Origin: Actinomycetes bacterium
GTDB lineage: Bacteria > Actinomycetota > Acidimicrobiia > Acidimicrobiales > Bog-793
Direction of reading: 5' to 3'
Assembly: GCA_021797795.1 (NCBI GenBank)
Contig: JAJZZB010000005.1
Coordinates: 4,514 to 68,513 of the forward strand
Length of the DNA stretch: 64,000 nucleotides
Shown: piece by piece, positions 60,941 through 64,000 of the stretch
Layout: the number at the start of each line of letters is the position of its first letter
Position numbering within the stretch: position 1 is the stretch's first letter
Translations under genes and position numbers: made by a program
Notes under the pieces: generated by a model
What the model was told of the DNA's origin: nothing
Database searches by the model: none
What the model saw: only the letters and a program-made list of their open reading frames with translations

Positions 60941-61034
60941 AGAGCAGTTGAAACTCGCCGCGCGCGGGAACACTTCGGGAACACCTTCCTCTTACGGTCA
61001 GCGCTGACGAGACCCGGTGCCCAGGGAGGTGGCC

Positions 61035-61475
61035 ATGTCGGCGGTGCAGACCCGGAAGGTGGTCGAGGGGTTTCTCGGCGAGCACGGCAGCGAGTGGCTG
61101 GCCGAGGCTGTCGAGTTCTACGAGCCGGCCGCCGCGGAGCCCCACCGGGGCAGAAGCGACGTGGCCCAGTGGCTGGCCGGCTTCTACGGCGCGGCCTTCG
61201 ACGGGGCCAGGGCCGAGCCTGTGGCACTGATCGTCGACGGCGAGCGCGCCGGCTACCAGTTCGTCTTCTCAGGCGTGCACAGCGGCTCGCTCTTCGGCGA
61301 AGCCCCCACCGGCCGGGCCGTGCGGGTACCGATGGCCGTCTTCTACGAGGTCAAAGACGGCGAGATCGTGAGTGCAAGTTTGTACTACGACACCGCCGGT
61401 CTGAGCGCCCAGCTCGGCTGGCCGGGCCAGCCGACGGGCCTCAACCCCGCGCACGACACGGCGAGGCAACCCTGA
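61035..61475 (+). CDS. SnoaL-like / ester-cyclase (NTF2-fold) protein
   Basis: ORF 61017..61475 trimmed to the ATG at 61035, 5 nt after GGGAGG. PTGRAVRVPMAVFYEVKDGEIVSASLYYD is typical of the SnoaL/ester-cyclase family. Confidence 0.55.
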   Translation: MSAVQTRKVVEGFLGEHGSEWLAEAVEFYEPAAAEPHRGRSDVAQWLAGFYGAAFDGARAEPVALIVDGERAGYQFVFSGVHSGSLFGEAPTGRAVRVPMAVFYEVKDGEIVSASLYYDTAGLSAQLGWPGQPTGLNPAHDTARQP

Positions 61476-61581
61476 TGAGTCCCTCCCCCCGGTCTCTCAG
61501 CCAGACCGCCGCGGCCACCGCCGACGTGGAGCAGCTGCTCGTTCGACGCTGAAACCGTAGAAGGAAGAGAAAGGAAGAGAG

Positions 61582-62109
61582 ATGTCGAGATTTCGCTTCT
61601 TAGCGGTAGTGCCACTTGTCGGTGCCCTGTCGGGCGCTCCTGTGCTGGCTGGCGCGGCCCGGGCGGCGAGCGGCCCGGTGGCCTGCAGCGGCACGGGGTC
61701 GTTCGGTCCGAGCGGAGCGGTGATCGGCAGATCGGCGGGCGGCGAGGTGATCGTCTCGTTCCCGTTCGACGGAGTGCACCCGTACTGCCCGGCACCGGGA
61801 GGCGTGGATGACGTTCAGGCGAGCATCGCCGGTACCTTGAGCGAAGAGATCACGGCGCAGGGCCACTTCGCCCTGCAATTCGCCGAGACCTTGACGCTCC
61901 CGGGCGGCTCTGGAGCCGACCAGTGGCGTGGGGAGGCATCGGGGACGATCTCCAACGGCTTGCCGGTCGTCTTGGTGAGTGAGGTACGCACGGTCGGAAC
62001 GGGTACGGGCGAACTCGCAGGCGTGGTCGGCCACGGCAGGTTCCAGATCACCGGATTCGGTGGCTATGGCCTGGAGTTCTCAGACGAGATCTTCTACTTG
62101 TACCCGTGA
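61582..62109 (+). CDS. secreted hypothetical protein
   Basis: 175-aa ORF. Signal peptide MSRFRFLAVVPLVGALSGAPVLAGAARA-AS. Gly/Thr-rich mature part with 2 Cys. I recognise no family. Confidence 0.5.
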   Translation: MSRFRFLAVVPLVGALSGAPVLAGAARAASGPVACSGTGSFGPSGAVIGRSAGGEVIVSFPFDGVHPYCPAPGGVDDVQASIAGTLSEEITAQGHFALQFAETLTLPGGSGADQWRGEASGTISNGLPVVLVSEVRTVGTGTGELAGVVGHGRFQITGFGGYGLEFSDEIFYLYP

Positions 62110-62486
62110 GCTCTCGTTGCCTCAGTCGGCGGCCACCAACCTGGCCCGGCGGCGGTTGCCCGTAGCTGTCCGCCGACGCGGATGGGGTTTCCCGGCACCT
62201 CTGCCATCGGTGTGGCCTGCTCCACAACGCCGGCTGCCGCACCTGCCGGCTGGACGGGGACCGAGCGTTCCACTCGTACCGCGAGCCTTGGCCGGACCTC
62301 AGCGACCCACGCAGCCCGATGCGTACCGGCTCCAGTCCGAGCTGACCGTCCAGAGGTGGCCTCGGCGCTAGGTGGCCAGGGACCGACCCTGCGTCTTCGC
62401 CCGACGGGCTCGACTCCGATGTCGTCGACACCGTCAGAACACGAGCGCTCACGGCGCCCTCCGAGGCGGTCGCTCCCACTCCCGGC

Positions 62487-63065
62487 TCAGGCGGCTGCCG
62501 ACTTGGCGCCGCCTGTGGCGAACACCTCGACGAGCTTCGAGCAGAAGGCGTCGAGGTCGTCCGGCTTCCGGCTCGTCACGAGCACGTTCGGCCCGGTCGG
62601 ACAGACGAAGACCTCCTCGTCCACCCAATTCCCGCCGGCGTTGGAGATGTCGGTCCTGAGACTCGGCCAGGACGTGAGGGTGCGTCCCCGGACGAGGTCG
62701 GCCTCGACGAGGGTCCAGGGGCCGTGGCAGATGACCGCCGCCGGCTTGCCGGCCTGGAAGAAGCTCTTCACGAACGAGACCGCCTTCTCGTCGGTCCGCA
62801 GCTGGTCGGGGTTGGCCACCCCGCCGGGGAGCACGATCCCGCCGTAGTCCTCCACCTTCAGATCACCGGTCGAGAGGTCGGCCTGGAAGACCTCGCCCTT
62901 GTCGAGGTGGTTGAAGGCCTGCACCTTGCCCCTCGCCGGGGCGGCCAGGACCGGTGTGCCGCCGGCCTGCTCGACCGCTCGCCAGGGCCTCGTCAGCTCC
63001 ACCTGCTCGACGCCCTCGTTCGCCGTGAGGAACGCGATGGTACGACCAGAGAGTTCGTTCGCCAT
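62487..63065 (-). CDS. DJ-1/PfpI-family protein (type 1 glutamine amidotransferase-like)
   Basis: ORF 62487..63281 trimmed to the ATG at 63065 (MANELSGRTIAFL...). Nucleophile elbow AAVICHGPW. Confidence 0.8.
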   Translation of the reverse strand: MANELSGRTIAFLTANEGVEQVELTRPWRAVEQAGGTPVLAAPARGKVQAFNHLDKGEVFQADLSTGDLKVEDYGGIVLPGGVANPDQLRTDEKAVSFVKSFFQAGKPAAVICHGPWTLVEADLVRGRTLTSWPSLRTDISNAGGNWVDEEVFVCPTGPNVLVTSRKPDDLDAFCSKLVEVFATGGAKSAAA

Positions 63066-63160
63066 TGAGACACGCCTTTCCGCCGCGGGATCCCGCGGCC
63101 TCGGCTCGCGCGCTACCCGGCCCGGCGTCGCCCCAACCACGCGGCGCCCGCGGGCAAGGA

Positions 63161-64000
63161 TCAGCCTGCGTCCGGAAACAGGGGGGCGCGCCGGGAGAGG
63201 AAGCGCCCCATGCCCGGCTCGCCCACGAAGCGGCCGCCCTCGGCCACGCGCCGTCCCCGTGAGAAGACGAACGCCGGCCATCCCGTCGCCGTCATGCCTT
63301 CGTAGGGTGAGTGGTCCGTCGCCATGTGCAGCGCCGAGGCGTCGAGACGCTGCCGGGCGGCAGGGTCCCAGACGACGACGTCACCGTCGGCCCCGGGACG
63401 GAGCGAGCCCTTCTCCGGCCAGAGCCCGAAGAGCTTGGCCGGCGCCTCGGCGCACAGCCTCACCCAGTCCGACCGGCTGAGGCGCCCGGCGACGACCCCC
63501 TGCCATACAAGGCTCATCCTCGTCTCTATGCCCGGGAGGCCGCCCGGGATCTCGGTGAAGTCGGCGTATCCCTCCTCTCGCCCGCGCACCCCGGCGCGCC
63601 GGTCCTTCTGCCAGAAGGGGCAGTGGTCGGTGGCGACGGTCTGGATCTCACCCCGCCCGAGCCCCTCCCACAGCTCCTCGACGTGCCAGGGGTCACGCAG
63701 CGGCGGTGTGCACACGAAGTCGGCGCCCTCCTCGGAGGCGAGGGCGGTGGTGTCGAGGTAGAGGTACTGCGGGCAGGTCTCCGCCAGGATCTGGACCCCG
63801 CGCTCCCGGGCCCGGCGCACCTGCTCGAGCGCGGGGGCGGCCGAGAGGTGGACCACGTAGACGGGACAGCCCGCGACCTCCGCCAGCGCGGCGGCACGCC
63901 CCGTCGCCTCACCCTCGAGGACAGCCGGCCGGGTGGTGGCGTGCTCGATGACGCCGGTTCGGCCCTCCTCGACTGCCCGCCGCCTGAGCGCCTCGATGGC
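63161..64000 (-). CDS. hydA: dihydropyrimidinase / D-hydantoinase, 5' end outside window
   Basis: The reading frame is open from 64000 down to the stop at 63161; the listed ORF start at 63856 is internal (…CPVYVVHLSA…). Cyclic-amidohydrolase blocks: FVCTPPLR, ATDHCPF, GADGDVVVWDP. Confidence 0.75.
   Translation of the reverse strand, partial: AIEALRRRAVEEGRTGVIEHATTRPAVLEGEATGRAAALAEVAGCPVYVVHLSAAPALEQVRRARERGVQILAETCPQYLYLDTTALASEEGADFVCTPPLRDPWHVEELWEGLGRGEIQTVATDHCPFWQKDRRAGVRGREEGYADFTEIPGGLPGIETRMSLVWQGVVAGRLSRSDWVRLCAEAPAKLFGLWPEKGSLRPGADGDVVVWDPAARQRLDASALHMATDHSPYEGMTATGWPAFVFSRGRRVAEGGRFVGEPGMGRFLSRRAPLFPDAG

Noticed and set aside
1-64000. Window-wide check by eye for CRISPR arrays, tRNA/rRNA genes, transposases/integrases, phage genes, toxin-antitoxin pairs and long direct or inverted repeats.
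   Set aside because: None recognised. The only nucleotide-level repeats I saw between distant loci fall in conserved protein motifs of paralogs, for example the GGCGGCGAGAAGATCAGCGCCGA(G/A)GAGGTCGAG stretch of ligases 1 and 2. A computational repeat and tRNA scan could still find small elements I missed.

Overview
Very GC-rich window (roughly two thirds to 70% G+C by eye, not computed). Gene content looks actinobacterial: a SARP/AfsR-like regulator, DinB/MDMPI-like, LLM-class and EgtE-like genes. I found no rRNA, tRNA, CRISPR array, transposase, integrase or recognisable defence genes. Most of the window is an aromatic-acid catabolic supercluster. (1) 0.5-6.3 kb: a PucR regulator divergent from an omega-aminotransferase / methylmalonate-semialdehyde dehydrogenase / formamidase-like operon. 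(2) 6.3-13.5 kb: a gentisate-type module (FAD monooxygenase, gentisate 1,2-dioxygenase, FAH hydrolase, DinB-like protein) fused in one operon to a UbiD/UbiX decarboxylase pair, followed by an IclR regulator. (3) 13.7-27.6 kb: a 16-gene, almost gap-free operon that starts with its own GntR regulator. It encodes a complete meta-cleavage lower pathway, a Liv-type ABC importer, a Rieske two-subunit oxygenase, an 85-aa ORF and a LigB-type extradiol dioxygenase. A 4-oxalocrotonate tautomerase gene sits tail-to-tail 5 nt away. (4) 28-40.2 kb: a CoA-thioester module with an LLM oxidoreductase, two DhbE/EntE-type aryl-adenylating ligases, ACMSD-type and class-II-aldolase-type candidate decarboxylases, thiolase, CocE/NonD hydrolase, SDR, crotonase, a Cys-type GrdB/PrdB-like protein and a PaaY-like LbH protein. 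(5) 40.3-43 kb: a TrmB-regulated amidohydrolase/SDR operon. (6) 43-49 kb: GNAT, SRPBCC and an orphan EgtE-like PLP enzyme, plus a compact divergent AlaRS flanked by two long spacers. (7) 49.7-53.4 kb: a second UbiD next to a third DhbE-type ligase. (8) 53.7-57.9 kb: an MFS transporter and a gene-decay zone holding three frameshifted or truncated pseudogenes. (9) 58-64 kb: an AfsR-like SARP-ATPase-TPR regulator, a SnoaL-like protein, a secreted protein, DJ-1/PfpI and a partial dihydropyrimidinase. The most interesting candidates for undescribed biology are two. One is the translationally coupled ligase / crotonase / Cys-type selenoprotein-B-family / LbH module at 36.4-40.2 kb. The other is the set of carrier-less DhbE-type ligases combined with UbiD-family decarboxylases. 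All family calls come from reading the translations by eye; no database search was possible.
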